A stretch of 64,000 nt of DNA, from the NCBI GenBank assembly GCA_003142795.1, contig PLNN01000017.1, positions 512-64,511 on the forward strand, in the 5' to 3' direction. Both the position numbers and the translations under genes were made by a program. This stretch comes from Candidatus Omnitrophota bacterium (GTDB lineage: Bacteria > Omnitrophota > Gorgyraeia > 2-01-FULL-45-10). Positions 28,189 to 37,105 of the stretch are shown in pieces (the stretch's first letter is position 1; every line of letters begins with the position of its first letter). Below the pieces are notes generated by a model, which worked only from the letters and a program-made list of their open reading frames with translations, did no database searches and had not been told where the DNA came from.

Positions 28189-29533
28189 GGGCGGAAATTT
28201 CCTTTTTTAAAAACATATGGTTTAGTCCGGCCATAGCGTATATAAATATGATGAAAGAGAAAATATCTCTATGCCTGAATGCTGATCCCATATTGCTCTC
28301 TACCATGGCGAATATCGAGATGCCTATTAAAAAGAACATAATTATAAAAAAGTTATTTTCTTTCGAAATTTTTAATGCTTTCGTAAATCCAACAACAGAA
28401 AGAAATAGCAAAAGATACCAAAGCACTATCTGCGGATACGCCAATATTTGATTAAGGCTGGATAGTCTCCATGGAAATGGCACCAAAATAAAATAGCCTA
28501 TCGCTTTAAAATAAAATATGACCAAGGAACCTAGATCCAGGATACCGGATCTTAATTGAGCAATCGTATGGGAATCGTATGCGAGATACCCGGCGTTGTC
28601 CACTATATACAAACTAATGCTTCTATCAAGCGTAGACTGGAGAAACTTCACTATGGATCCTTTAATATTGTCATGTTCGCACGCCATAAATAGGATTGAT
28701 AAAATAATGACTGCGATCAAAACGACAAGGAACACCGGCTTGTTCTTCGACCTTAGTATCTTAAAAAAATTATATACCGCGAATAACGCTATTATTAGCA
28801 AAAATGCCGCGAACGCGACTATTTGCAGTTTTTTTAAGAGAACCAGTATAAATAATACTGCGATACTTTTCATGATCCGATACCTGTTTTTCCTAAGCGC
28901 CAATAAAAGATAGAATGTCATAACTGTTAAAAAAATTATTATCGGATCCCTGAGATTCCCGATAGACCACCTTACCATCGATGGATAGAAGCTTGCCAAA
29001 GCAAATGACAGCTTAGCCACTTTTGCGGAAAACATATCCTTTGCTATAAGATAAATCACTAATGGCGCCATGCTTCCTATAAGACAATTTATAAGCTTTG
29101 AGCTGAGATAGTTTGGTTCGAATAAGCGAAAGAAGAGCGCCAATATGTATGTAAATGGATTTAACCCATATCCCGGACTATGGGTGTCACAATTCATATT
29201 ATAGGGCAGATGCTGCCATGATAATGCGATCTTGATGGCCTTGAGCGTATAGAGCCTGTCGTCTCCTGAAATGAAACCTTCAAAACCGGCTTTATAAGAT
29301 TGCCAATGCAGTAAATACATAAGCACGATACGCACAAAAAACGAAATGATAAAAACAATTGCTAAAAATTTTGCGTCTTCTTTGCCAAGCATAAAAATCA
29401 CGGATAAAATAATTAAAAATAATGACAATATGAAACTTGTTCCATCTTTAAAGATCAGGCTTGATGCCAGAAAAACGGATATTAGAAAAAATAATATATT
29501 TTTTTCTTTAGCTTCAGGTATCGGTCTTTTCAT
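28172..29533 (-). CDS. polytopic membrane protein, GT-C-like or O-antigen-polymerase-like (Wzy candidate)
   Basis: 453 aa. More than 10 predicted TM helices. FISGDDRLY acidic motif in the first loop. Adjacent to the flippase. Confidence 0.4.
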   Translation of the reverse strand: MKRPIPEAKEKNILFFLISVFLASSLIFKDGTSFILSLFLIILSVIFMLGKEDAKFLAIVFIISFFVRIVLMYLLHWQSYKAGFEGFISGDDRLYTLKAIKIALSWQHLPYNMNCDTHSPGYGLNPFTYILALFFRLFEPNYLSSKLINCLIGSMAPLVIYLIAKDMFSAKVAKLSFALASFYPSMVRWSIGNLRDPIIIFLTVMTFYLLLALRKNRYRIMKSIAVLFILVLLKKLQIVAFAAFLLIIALFAVYNFFKILRSKNKPVFLVVLIAVIILSILFMACEHDNIKGSIVKFLQSTLDRSISLYIVDNAGYLAYDSHTIAQLRSGILDLGSLVIFYFKAIGYFILVPFPWRLSSLNQILAYPQIVLWYLLLFLSVVGFTKALKISKENNFFIIMFFLIGISIFAMVESNMGSAFRHRDIFSFIIFIYAMAGLNHMFLKKEISAHGKGR

Positions 29534-29539
29534 ATTGGG

Positions 29540-31030
29540 CTACCTTGTGTTACCGCCAAACCGGAATTTCTTCAAAATGATATCAAAAAGCCGGGACTTC
29601 TCCGCGCTCGTTGATAAAAAATAGAGCCACGCCGCTAATAACGCTGTCTTTAGACCGACCATAAAAAAGCCGTCTTTACCAAAAAACAGGATAATTACGC
29701 AAAGGCCTGCCGCAGAGACCAATAATTTTACGTTCTGCATAGTGATCTTCAACCCCATCCATCTTATATGATAATAGACCACTGCTGAAAATGACAACAG
29801 ATTAGCGATAAAGTATGCCGTGGTTACGGCCTTAAGGCCTAATATATTGTGAAGAGACAGGAATAATGCGATAAAGCTTATCGAGGAGAATATCCCGAGG
29901 CCCAGATAGGCTCTCAACCTCGCGCTCGCCAGGAGCGACACGCCCATGACATAAAAAAGCAGGAAGAAGACGTCTCCGAACAATTGGGTCGAGAACAGTT
30001 CCCGGGAATATATGAACTTCCCGGAAAATACAAGTTTTATGATCATATCCTTTGCGAAAAATATCACGGCTATCATAGGCACTACTCCGAAAGTGCAAAA
30101 CCGCAGGGTGCTATTAACCTCGAATGAATAATCATTTCTGTCCTGGATAATGCTCAGCTTGGCGTATGAATAAGACCAGAGGCCGTTGGTAAAAAAAGCT
30201 ATATGGTACGCGGACAAAGAAAAAACTACCTGATAGTAACCGCTCGCGTCGGCGCCGTAATATTTTATAAGGAGGGACCTCAGAAGCACGATGCTGCCCA
30301 TGCTTAACACTCCCGTAACGAACATTACGCCGCCATAGGATAAAAGGCCTCTGCCGGACTGCACCAAGTTCTCTTTGCTGAGAGCGGATTTATCCATGAC
30401 AAATACGGAATTAAAAATATCTTTCGGCACATTTTTATAAAATAGATAATAGTATACGAGAAAAGTTATCACCCCGTTCAGCGCAAGATATATGAAGCCG
30501 CCTTTGACGCCCATCGCGGCAATGAAAATAAAAAGCGGTATGAGCGACAAAATGCTCGAAAGGCTGCGGCCTTTCGCGAATGCTTTGTAATTTCCAAAAC
30601 CCAGCAGGGCCGCTTCGATCGCGCCCCCCAGCACAAAGAATAGGACCCCGAACGATAAAATAATAAGCAAATTTTTATATTCACTGCTCGAGAAAAGGAA
30701 TTTGGATAATCTCCCGGCAAAAATAAAAGTTAATATAATAAACGCGACCGAGGCGATGATCTGCATGATGGAAGCGCTCGATATTACACCTTTTATCTTC
30801 AGCTGGTCATTTTGCGCGTTGTGCTGAGCAACATGTTTCGCTATCCCCAGCCCGATATTCAAAGATGCTATGTTAATGGCAAGCTGCTGAAAATTAAAAG
30901 CCTGAGAAAAGATACCCACACCGGCAGGCCCCAACGTTACGGCGGTGAACTTAGCCCTTATCAAGCCCGTGATTATGGTAGCTATCGTCGCTATTGAGAC
31001 TATTGCCGTTGCTTTTAATAATTTAAGCAT
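29540..31030 (-). CDS. wzx: Wzx-type polysaccharide flippase (MOP superfamily)
   Basis: 496 aa. About 12-14 TM helices. The N-terminus is typical of the polysaccharide biosynthesis protein family. Confidence 0.7.
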   Translation of the reverse strand: MLKLLKATAIVSIATIATIITGLIRAKFTAVTLGPAGVGIFSQAFNFQQLAINIASLNIGLGIAKHVAQHNAQNDQLKIKGVISSASIMQIIASVAFIILTFIFAGRLSKFLFSSSEYKNLLIILSFGVLFFVLGGAIEAALLGFGNYKAFAKGRSLSSILSLIPLFIFIAAMGVKGGFIYLALNGVITFLVYYYLFYKNVPKDIFNSVFVMDKSALSKENLVQSGRGLLSYGGVMFVTGVLSMGSIVLLRSLLIKYYGADASGYYQVVFSLSAYHIAFFTNGLWSYSYAKLSIIQDRNDYSFEVNSTLRFCTFGVVPMIAVIFFAKDMIIKLVFSGKFIYSRELFSTQLFGDVFFLLFYVMGVSLLASARLRAYLGLGIFSSISFIALFLSLHNILGLKAVTTAYFIANLLSFSAVVYYHIRWMGLKITMQNVKLLVSAAGLCVIILFFGKDGFFMVGLKTALLAAWLYFLSTSAEKSRLFDIILKKFRFGGNTR

Positions 31031-31034
31031 GGGT

Positions 31035-31460
31035 TTATTTTTTCTTATTTACACGATCGATAAAATCCCGATAATTTCTTATATAGTCGAACTCTTTATA
31101 AAAATCGGACGCTAAAACGAGTATGACGCAATCCGGAGAAAAATTATGCATCGTATGCCAGACATTGCTGCCCATATACACGCCCATGTGGGGCTTTGCC
31201 AGCAGCACCCTTTCCCTTCTAACCCCGTCGTCCAGCTGAAGCTCGAACGAACCGTTAATACAGAACAAGACCTGCTTCAGTCTCTTATGCGCGTGCTTTC
31301 CTCTCACGGCCTTCCTGGACTTCAGATTATTTATGAAATAAACTCTTTTGATCTGGAACGGCACCTGTTTCGCGCTCTCGGCTATCACCAGGTTCCCATC
31401 TATCCCGTCATCAAAGAATTTCAATTTGATGATCCTGCAGTTCCTGACTTTCATATCCAT
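31035..31460 (-). CDS. fdtA: WxcM/FdtA-like cupin, dTDP-4-keto-6-deoxyglucose 3,4-ketoisomerase
   Basis: 141 aa cupin with a HAHK..Q motif; typical size for FdtA. Confidence 0.6.
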   Translation of the reverse strand: MDMKVRNCRIIKLKFFDDGIDGNLVIAESAKQVPFQIKRVYFINNLKSRKAVRGKHAHKRLKQVLFCINGSFELQLDDGVRRERVLLAKPHMGVYMGSNVWHTMHNFSPDCVILVLASDFYKEFDYIRNYRDFIDRVNKKK

Positions 31461-32626
31461 TATCCTTTTAATAGTTCAGCGTATATAGACTCGATCTTTT
31501 CGACTTGCGCGCCGACATCGAACTCTTTTTTGACATATGCGCTTGCGCGGGAGCCGATCTCATCCCAAAGCGCAGGCCTCTCATAAAGATACAGCATCTT
31601 TTCGTATACTGACGAAGGATCCGGATCACAATATACGCCGGTTTTGCCGTCGATTATAGAGCGCTCTGCCCCGGGGAATCGCGTAGCGATAACCGGCAAT
31701 CCTGCAGCCTGAGCCGCTATCAGCGTCAGGGCGGGCCCGCCTTCATCGTCCCCGTTCTTTGCCGCGATGGAAGGCAGCACGAATATATGGCTTTTCGTGA
31801 GATGGTCCTTATAAATAGCAGAAAAGTCCGGAGCTGTATCGGTCGGAACAATGATTACCTTATCCATCAGTCCAAGGTTCTGGCATAATTTTATAACTTC
31901 ATTCCTGCCGTTGCCATACCCTATTATCGTCAACCTGATATCGCCATGTTCTTTTGCCAATCTCGCGAAGGCATTCAATAATAACGGATATCCTTTCTTT
32001 TCCACAAAGCGCGCTGCTATTATAAAGTTAACCGGGCCCGCCGCGGGCCTTTTAGAATAGGTGTAAAATCCCACATCTTCGAGACAATTCCAGATACGCA
32101 CCTTATCCTCTTTGCAGCCGAGCGAGACGAGCCTGTTCTTCACTTCGTCGCAAAGCACTATCATCCTATCGGCAATATCGAACAATTTTTTAAATCGCGG
32201 GATCCATTGATTGCTCTTTAAGCAAAAGCTGCCGTCAACGCCGTATAGAGTAACGACAAGCGGAAGCTTTAATTGTCTTGCCAAATCCATCACACTGCAG
32301 CCTGCCATGCCGAAGTGGGCATGGATAAGGGACGAGCCTTCCTCTCTCAACATTTTTTTGTAAAATGACTCTATCAATTTCCGGTAAATGGGAGTTTCGG
32401 AAATGACGTTATCCAGCTTATGGAATATGTCGCCCTTAGGTACTTTGTAAAAATAACGGGTCCGCGGAAAAAGCTCCCTGGAGTTCGGGACATAACGTTC
32501 CGCCAGAAGGACGGAACCATACCGGCCCTTTTTCAGCAATTCGTTATGAAGGTCTAACAGCACTCCGGGCGAATATCTGCAATAAGTATGGGCTATCGTC
32601 TTCATATTTTTTGAACGATCATGCAT
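31460..32626 (-). CDS. GT4-family glycosyltransferase
   Basis: 388 aa. GT-B fold; conserved EGGPALTLIAAQAAGLPVIAT region. Confidence 0.65.
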   Translation of the reverse strand: MHDRSKNMKTIAHTYCRYSPGVLLDLHNELLKKGRYGSVLLAERYVPNSRELFPRTRYFYKVPKGDIFHKLDNVISETPIYRKLIESFYKKMLREEGSSLIHAHFGMAGCSVMDLARQLKLPLVVTLYGVDGSFCLKSNQWIPRFKKLFDIADRMIVLCDEVKNRLVSLGCKEDKVRIWNCLEDVGFYTYSKRPAAGPVNFIIAARFVEKKGYPLLLNAFARLAKEHGDIRLTIIGYGNGRNEVIKLCQNLGLMDKVIIVPTDTAPDFSAIYKDHLTKSHIFVLPSIAAKNGDDEGGPALTLIAAQAAGLPVIATRFPGAERSIIDGKTGVYCDPDPSSVYEKMLYLYERPALWDEIGSRASAYVKKEFDVGAQVEKIESIYAELLKG

Positions 32627-33540
32627 AGATTGCTGCCAAGATATTTAAAAGGGTACTTCGCGCCTACCCGGCTATTCCAGGCAACGGTCTTTTCATATAC
32701 CTTAAACGGTAATGCCGGGTTGATCAGGCTAAGCAATTGCCAGGGAATGACTATGGTGCTGAATACCTTCTTTATCCTGAAACCGCTGCCGGTGAAGAGC
32801 CCCAGCCATTTCCCGGGCAGATAGCCCGCAAATTCATGCCCTAAAGTCTTATACGCGCCGTGCGGTTCCGGGAACGGAAAGTTCGGATGCAACGTAAGGA
32901 ATTCTTTTACTGACGAGCTGCCTGCCTTGGACGATGCGCCTCCGTCCCGGGCAGCCGGCGCATCAGGCTTCCTGAAAGGCGCTATTAAGAACCGGCCTAT
33001 CGCCCTCGCCAGCATGTCGCGATAATACACCAACGGATAAAATATCCTGTCTAAAAAACTGGGCACGACTATTATGGCCAGGCCTCCTTTTTTCAGGACC
33101 CTGTTCATTTCCTGAGCCGTCTTCTTCCTGTCCGGTATGTGCTCCAGCGTATTCAGCGAAAAGACGACATCAAAGGTGCCATCCTTAAAAGGAAGTTCTT
33201 CTCCCGAGCAGGATAATATGGAACAATTCGTTATATCCAGAGATTCTAGGAGCTTCTTCGAGTCGAGAAGCGCCTGGGTATGAGTCTTAAAATCTTGTTT
33301 AAAAAGGTCTGTTGCGATGATACGTCTGAATTTATATGATAAAAGGCATGAATTAAAACCGTTGCTGCATCCTATTTCAAGCGCCAGGCCCTGACGCGGT
33401 ATATCAAAAACGGAGAGGATCGCCTCCGCCTCCTTCGCGCGTAAACTGAAATAATTCTCCCATGGTTGAAGATCGGACGCTAAGGAAATGGCTTTTTTTC
33501 TTATATCTTCTATCGGTAAATAAGCGTCTTTTTGCGTCAT
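32602..33540 (-). CDS. class I SAM methyltransferase
   Basis: 312 aa. LEIGCSNGFN motif I. Confidence 0.6.
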   Translation of the reverse strand: MTQKDAYLPIEDIRKKAISLASDLQPWENYFSLRAKEAEAILSVFDIPRQGLALEIGCSNGFNSCLLSYKFRRIIATDLFKQDFKTHTQALLDSKKLLESLDITNCSILSCSGEELPFKDGTFDVVFSLNTLEHIPDRKKTAQEMNRVLKKGGLAIIVVPSFLDRIFYPLVYYRDMLARAIGRFLIAPFRKPDAPAARDGGASSKAGSSSVKEFLTLHPNFPFPEPHGAYKTLGHEFAGYLPGKWLGLFTGSGFRIKKVFSTIVIPWQLLSLINPALPFKVYEKTVAWNSRVGAKYPFKYLGSNLCMIVQKI

Positions 33541-33547
33541 AGGGAAT

Positions 33548-34654
33548 TTACTTCCCGTAAAACTCTCTGATCTTTTCTACTATATAGTTCATCTCTTTTT
33601 TATTAAGCTCCGGATATACCGGAATGGCGCATGTTTCAAGAGAGGCCTTTTCGGATTCTGAGAGATCGCCTTTTTTATACTTCAGCGATCTATAACATTC
33701 CTGGAGATGTAATGGAACAGGGTAATACGTTCTTGTCTCGATCCCGCTCTTGATCAAAAAGCTCATAAATGCCTCCAGGTTAGCATTAGGCCTTATGACG
33801 TACTGATGGTAAGTGTGAACATTATAGGACGGGACGTACGGCACGGTTATCGGCAAACCTTTCAGGTGGTCATTGTAAAACCTGGCCTTCTCTCTTCTTG
33901 CTTCAAGCCAGGAATCGATATGTTTGAGCTTGACCCTCAGCACCGCAGCCTGGATATTATCGAGCCTGGAATTTATCCCGATCATTAAGTGCAGATAGCC
34001 TCCCCGGCTTCCGTGAACACGGAGGATCTTCAGTGTTTCGAATAACTGCTTATCGTTTGTAACGACCATGCCGGCATCGCCGTAAGCGCCTAAATTCTTG
34101 CTTGGATAGAAACTTAAGCCACCCAGATCTCCCATCGATCCGGATTTTTTTCCTTTGTAAGCAGCGCCGATCGATTGAGCGCAATCTTCAACTATCTTAA
34201 GGTTGTGCTTCTTGGCAATAGCGATGATCGGGTCCATATCACAGCACTGTCCATAAAGGTGGACAGGTATGATCGCCTTTGTCCGCTTTGTTATCTTGGA
34301 GGCTATGAGCGCCGGGTCTATAGTATAGGTTTTGGGATCTATATCTACAAAAACAGGCGTTGCTCCTACTAAAGAGACGGCCTCCGCGCTTGCAAAAAAA
34401 GTGAACGGCGTGGTGATAACCTCATCTCCGGGCTTTATGCCCAGGGCCATCAATGATACTACTAACGCATCAGTGCCGGAAGCTACGCCGACCGCGTATT
34501 TAGTATTGCAATATTGAGCTATCTCTTCTTCCAATAGCTGCAGTTCTTTGCCAAGAACGAATTCCTGGCTGTCGATTATCTTCTTTATCGCCTTATTAAC
34601 ATCGGACCTGATTACCTTATATTGCCCTTTTAGATCTAAAATATTTACTTTCAT
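33548..34654 (-). CDS. DegT/DnrJ/EryC1 sugar aminotransferase (FdtB-like dTDP-3-keto-6-deoxyhexose transaminase by context)
   Basis: 368 aa. PLP-dependent fold-type I. A lysine is present in the [15 protein letters not shown] region. Lies next to the FdtA-like gene. Confidence 0.65.
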   Translation of the reverse strand: MKVNILDLKGQYKVIRSDVNKAIKKIIDSQEFVLGKELQLLEEEIAQYCNTKYAVGVASGTDALVVSLMALGIKPGDEVITTPFTFFASAEAVSLVGATPVFVDIDPKTYTIDPALIASKITKRTKAIIPVHLYGQCCDMDPIIAIAKKHNLKIVEDCAQSIGAAYKGKKSGSMGDLGGLSFYPSKNLGAYGDAGMVVTNDKQLFETLKILRVHGSRGGYLHLMIGINSRLDNIQAAVLRVKLKHIDSWLEARREKARFYNDHLKGLPITVPYVPSYNVHTYHQYVIRPNANLEAFMSFLIKSGIETRTYYPVPLHLQECYRSLKYKKGDLSESEKASLETCAIPVYPELNKKEMNYIVEKIREFYGK

Positions 34655-34738
34655 TTATCTCCTTTCTGAGAAATCCACATCATAGTCACAAAAGAATTAT
34701 ATGCTGACGGCTAAATTCTAAAACCCTGCATATTCGAC

Positions 34739-35011
34739 CTACCAATGATACCCGCAAGTGCCCTTCACTCCGATCCTCACCAGATCAAATTCGTCTCTGG
34801 GAAAATCGAAACAGCATAAATAATTCCCCTTTTCATCTTTTTTTCTATAAATATCGCATCCATTTTTTGTTAAATGCTTACAGTCCCCGCAGCATATGCA
34901 GCATTTTTTGCACATCCCTTTTCTAAGGGAGATCGCCTTCTCGTAGTGTTTCGGATTTATTATTAATAAGGTTTTAGCTCTTACCTTTGCTATAAAGCGC
35001 GGAATCTTCAT
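34739..35011 (-). CDS. small cysteine-rich protein (YkgJ-like CxxCCxCCxxC metal-binding motif)
   Basis: CKKCCICCGDCKHL cluster. AGGGGA RBS before the internal MKIP start. First gene after the divergent promoter region. Confidence 0.35.
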   Translation of the reverse strand: MKIPRFIAKVRAKTLLIINPKHYEKAISLRKGMCKKCCICCGDCKHLTKNGCDIYRKKDEKGNYLCCFDFPRDEFDLVRIGVKGTCGYHW

Positions 35012-35284
35012 CTTTCCCCTCATTGCCAGGTATTTAAATTTGAAGACAAATTAGAGATCCTTAAGCTTGTAATATTAACATAACTAAATTCATGCGTCAA
35101 TTAAAAAAATATGTCATTTTTTTATTATTCCTAAGTATTTATAAATAATATACTTACGTAATAATACTAAGCTAAGGCTATAGCGTTTACTTTATTTTAA
35201 ACGATTAAAACACGCCAATCCCTATTTTCCAAAAAATCCATTAAACACCGCCGAAACACCACCGACCGATGCAAAAAACTTTTG

Positions 35285-35314
35285 TTGACGGCTTACAACA
35301 AGAAGTTGTATAAT
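35285..35314 (+). promoter_or_regulatory. sigma70-like promoter for the plus-strand CDP-sugar operon
   Basis: -35 TTGACG (35285-35290), 18-nt spacer, -10 TATAAT (35309-35314). GGAGG RBS at 35335-35339, ATG at 35343. Confidence 0.55.
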
Positions 35315-35342
35315 TTAAAGCATTATTAAACCCGGAGGTTCT

Positions 35343-36125
35343 ATGAAAGTAGTGATCCTGTGCGGAGGTTTGGGAACAAGATTGCGCGAGGAAACAGAAT
35401 TCATCCCGAAGCCTATGATGGAGATAGGCGGCAAGCCGATACTCTGGCATATAATGAAGATTTATGCTCATTACGGATACAAAGAATTCATACTGTGCCT
35501 CGGCTATAAAGGTGAGATGATAAAAGATTATTTCTTGAATTACGAGGCCATGAATAACGATTTTACTATCCGGTTGGGGAGCCCCAGTAAAATAAATTTC
35601 AACAGCAACCACGCCGAAGACGGCTGGAAAGTAACGTTGGCGAATACCGGCGAGAAGGCCATGACGGGCTCAAGGATAAAGCAGGTAGAAAAATATATTA
35701 CCGAAGACGAATTTATGGTAACCTACGGTGACGGCCTTGCCGATATCGACCTGACCCGGCTTTTAAAACTTCATCGAAAACAAAAAAAGATCGGCACTCT
35801 CACCGGGGTACGGCCTCTTTCCCGTTTTGGAGAGGTGATCGAGGATCGCGGGATCGTAAAAGATTTTATCGAGAAACCCCAGGCATCTGAGGGTTATATC
35901 AATGGCGGTTTTTTTGTCTTTAACAGAAAATTTTTCGATTATCTGTCAAAAGAACATGATTGCGTATTGGAAAGGCAGCCCCTGGAGCAATTAACCGGAG
36001 AGAGGCAGCTATCCATATATCCCCACAAAGATTTTTGGCAGTGCATGGATACCTACCGCGATTACAGATATCTAAAAGATATGTGGGAAGCCGGCAACGC
36101 CCCTTGGAAAATTTGGAAAAGATAA
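35343..36125 (+). CDS. rfbF: glucose-1-phosphate cytidylyltransferase
   Basis: 260 aa. MKVVILCGGLGTRLREETEFIPKPM matches RfbF/DdhA very closely. Confidence 0.85.
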   Translation: MKVVILCGGLGTRLREETEFIPKPMMEIGGKPILWHIMKIYAHYGYKEFILCLGYKGEMIKDYFLNYEAMNNDFTIRLGSPSKINFNSNHAEDGWKVTLANTGEKAMTGSRIKQVEKYITEDEFMVTYGDGLADIDLTRLLKLHRKQKKIGTLTGVRPLSRFGEVIEDRGIVKDFIEKPQASEGYINGGFFVFNRKFFDYLSKEHDCVLERQPLEQLTGERQLSIYPHKDFWQCMDTYRDYRYLKDMWEAGNAPWKIWKR

Positions 36126-37105
36126 ATTATAAAAAATTCTGGGCAAATAAAACAGTCCTGGTAACCGGCCACGAAGGTTTCCTTGGCTCCTGCTTGTCAA
36201 AAACCCTCATAGATAGCGGTGCCAGGGTAATAGGCCTGGACAAGGTAAATAACAGGCCCGGCTCCATATTGAACAAAGACCTTAGAAAAAATATCGTGTG
36301 CATCCGCGGAAACGTCGCCAACCTTAAACTGATCAAAAAGCTATTCGATAAATACACGCCCGATATCGTCTTTCATCTGGCAGCCGAAGCCATAGTCAGC
36401 CGCGCGAATAATAAGCCCATCAGGACTTTTAAATCGAATATACAGGGCACGTGGAATATCCTGGAGGGCGCCAGAAATAAGAAATTTATCGGGGCTATTA
36501 TAGTGGCGTCGAGCGATAAAGCTTACGGCTCCCATGACGATCTTCCCTACCGCGAAGATTCCACCCCTCTCAAAGGGAGCCACCCTTATGACGTTTCTAA
36601 AAGTTGCGCGGATCTGATATGCCACACGTATCATAACACTTTTAATGTCCCGGTATGCGTTACCCGTTGCGGGAATATATACGGGCCGGGCGATCATAAT
36701 TTTTCAAGGCTGGTCCCCGACGCAATAAGGTCTGCTCTAAAAAATAGATCTCTCTCCATCCGAAGCGACGGTAAATTCACGCGGGATTACATATATGTAG
36801 GGGATGTCGTATCCGGATACCTGGCGTTAGCGGCAAAGATGAATAATAAGAAGGTGCACGGCGAGGCTTTTAATTTCAGCAACGAAAAGCCCGTTTCAGT
36901 GCTGGAAATAGTAAAACTGATATATAAGCTGTCCGGGAAACAGCCAAACTATAAGATATTAAACCTGGCAAAGCATGAAATAAAAGACCAATATCTTTCG
37001 GCAAAAAAAGCCAGGCGCTCTCTAGGATGGAAGCCTCTCTACGCGCTTGAAGAAGGATTGAAAGAAACGATCGATTATTATAAAAAGCGCTTTTTAAATA
37101 AATGA
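36113..37105 (+). CDS. rfbG: CDP-glucose 4,6-dehydratase
   Basis: (L)EKINYKKFWANKTVLVTGHEGFLGS matches the RfbG/DdhB N-terminus. Probable TTG start overlapping the rfbF stop; the tracked ORF's long N-terminal extension is probably not translated. Confidence 0.75.
   Translation: MEKINYKKFWANKTVLVTGHEGFLGSCLSKTLIDSGARVIGLDKVNNRPGSILNKDLRKNIVCIRGNVANLKLIKKLFDKYTPDIVFHLAAEAIVSRANNKPIRTFKSNIQGTWNILEGARNKKFIGAIIVASSDKAYGSHDDLPYREDSTPLKGSHPYDVSKSCADLICHTYHNTFNVPVCVTRCGNIYGPGDHNFSRLVPDAIRSALKNRSLSIRSDGKFTRDYIYVGDVVSGYLALAAKMNNKKVHGEAFNFSNEKPVSVLEIVKLIYKLSGKQPNYKILNLAKHEIKDQYLSAKKARRSLGWKPLYALEEGLKETIDYYKKRFLNK

Noticed and set aside
35960-36112. Long N-terminal extension of the rfbG ORF overlapping rfbF by 166 nt
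   Set aside because: No homology before LEKINYKKFW. An overlap this long in a different frame is unlikely. A TTG start at about 36113 fits orthologue N-termini.
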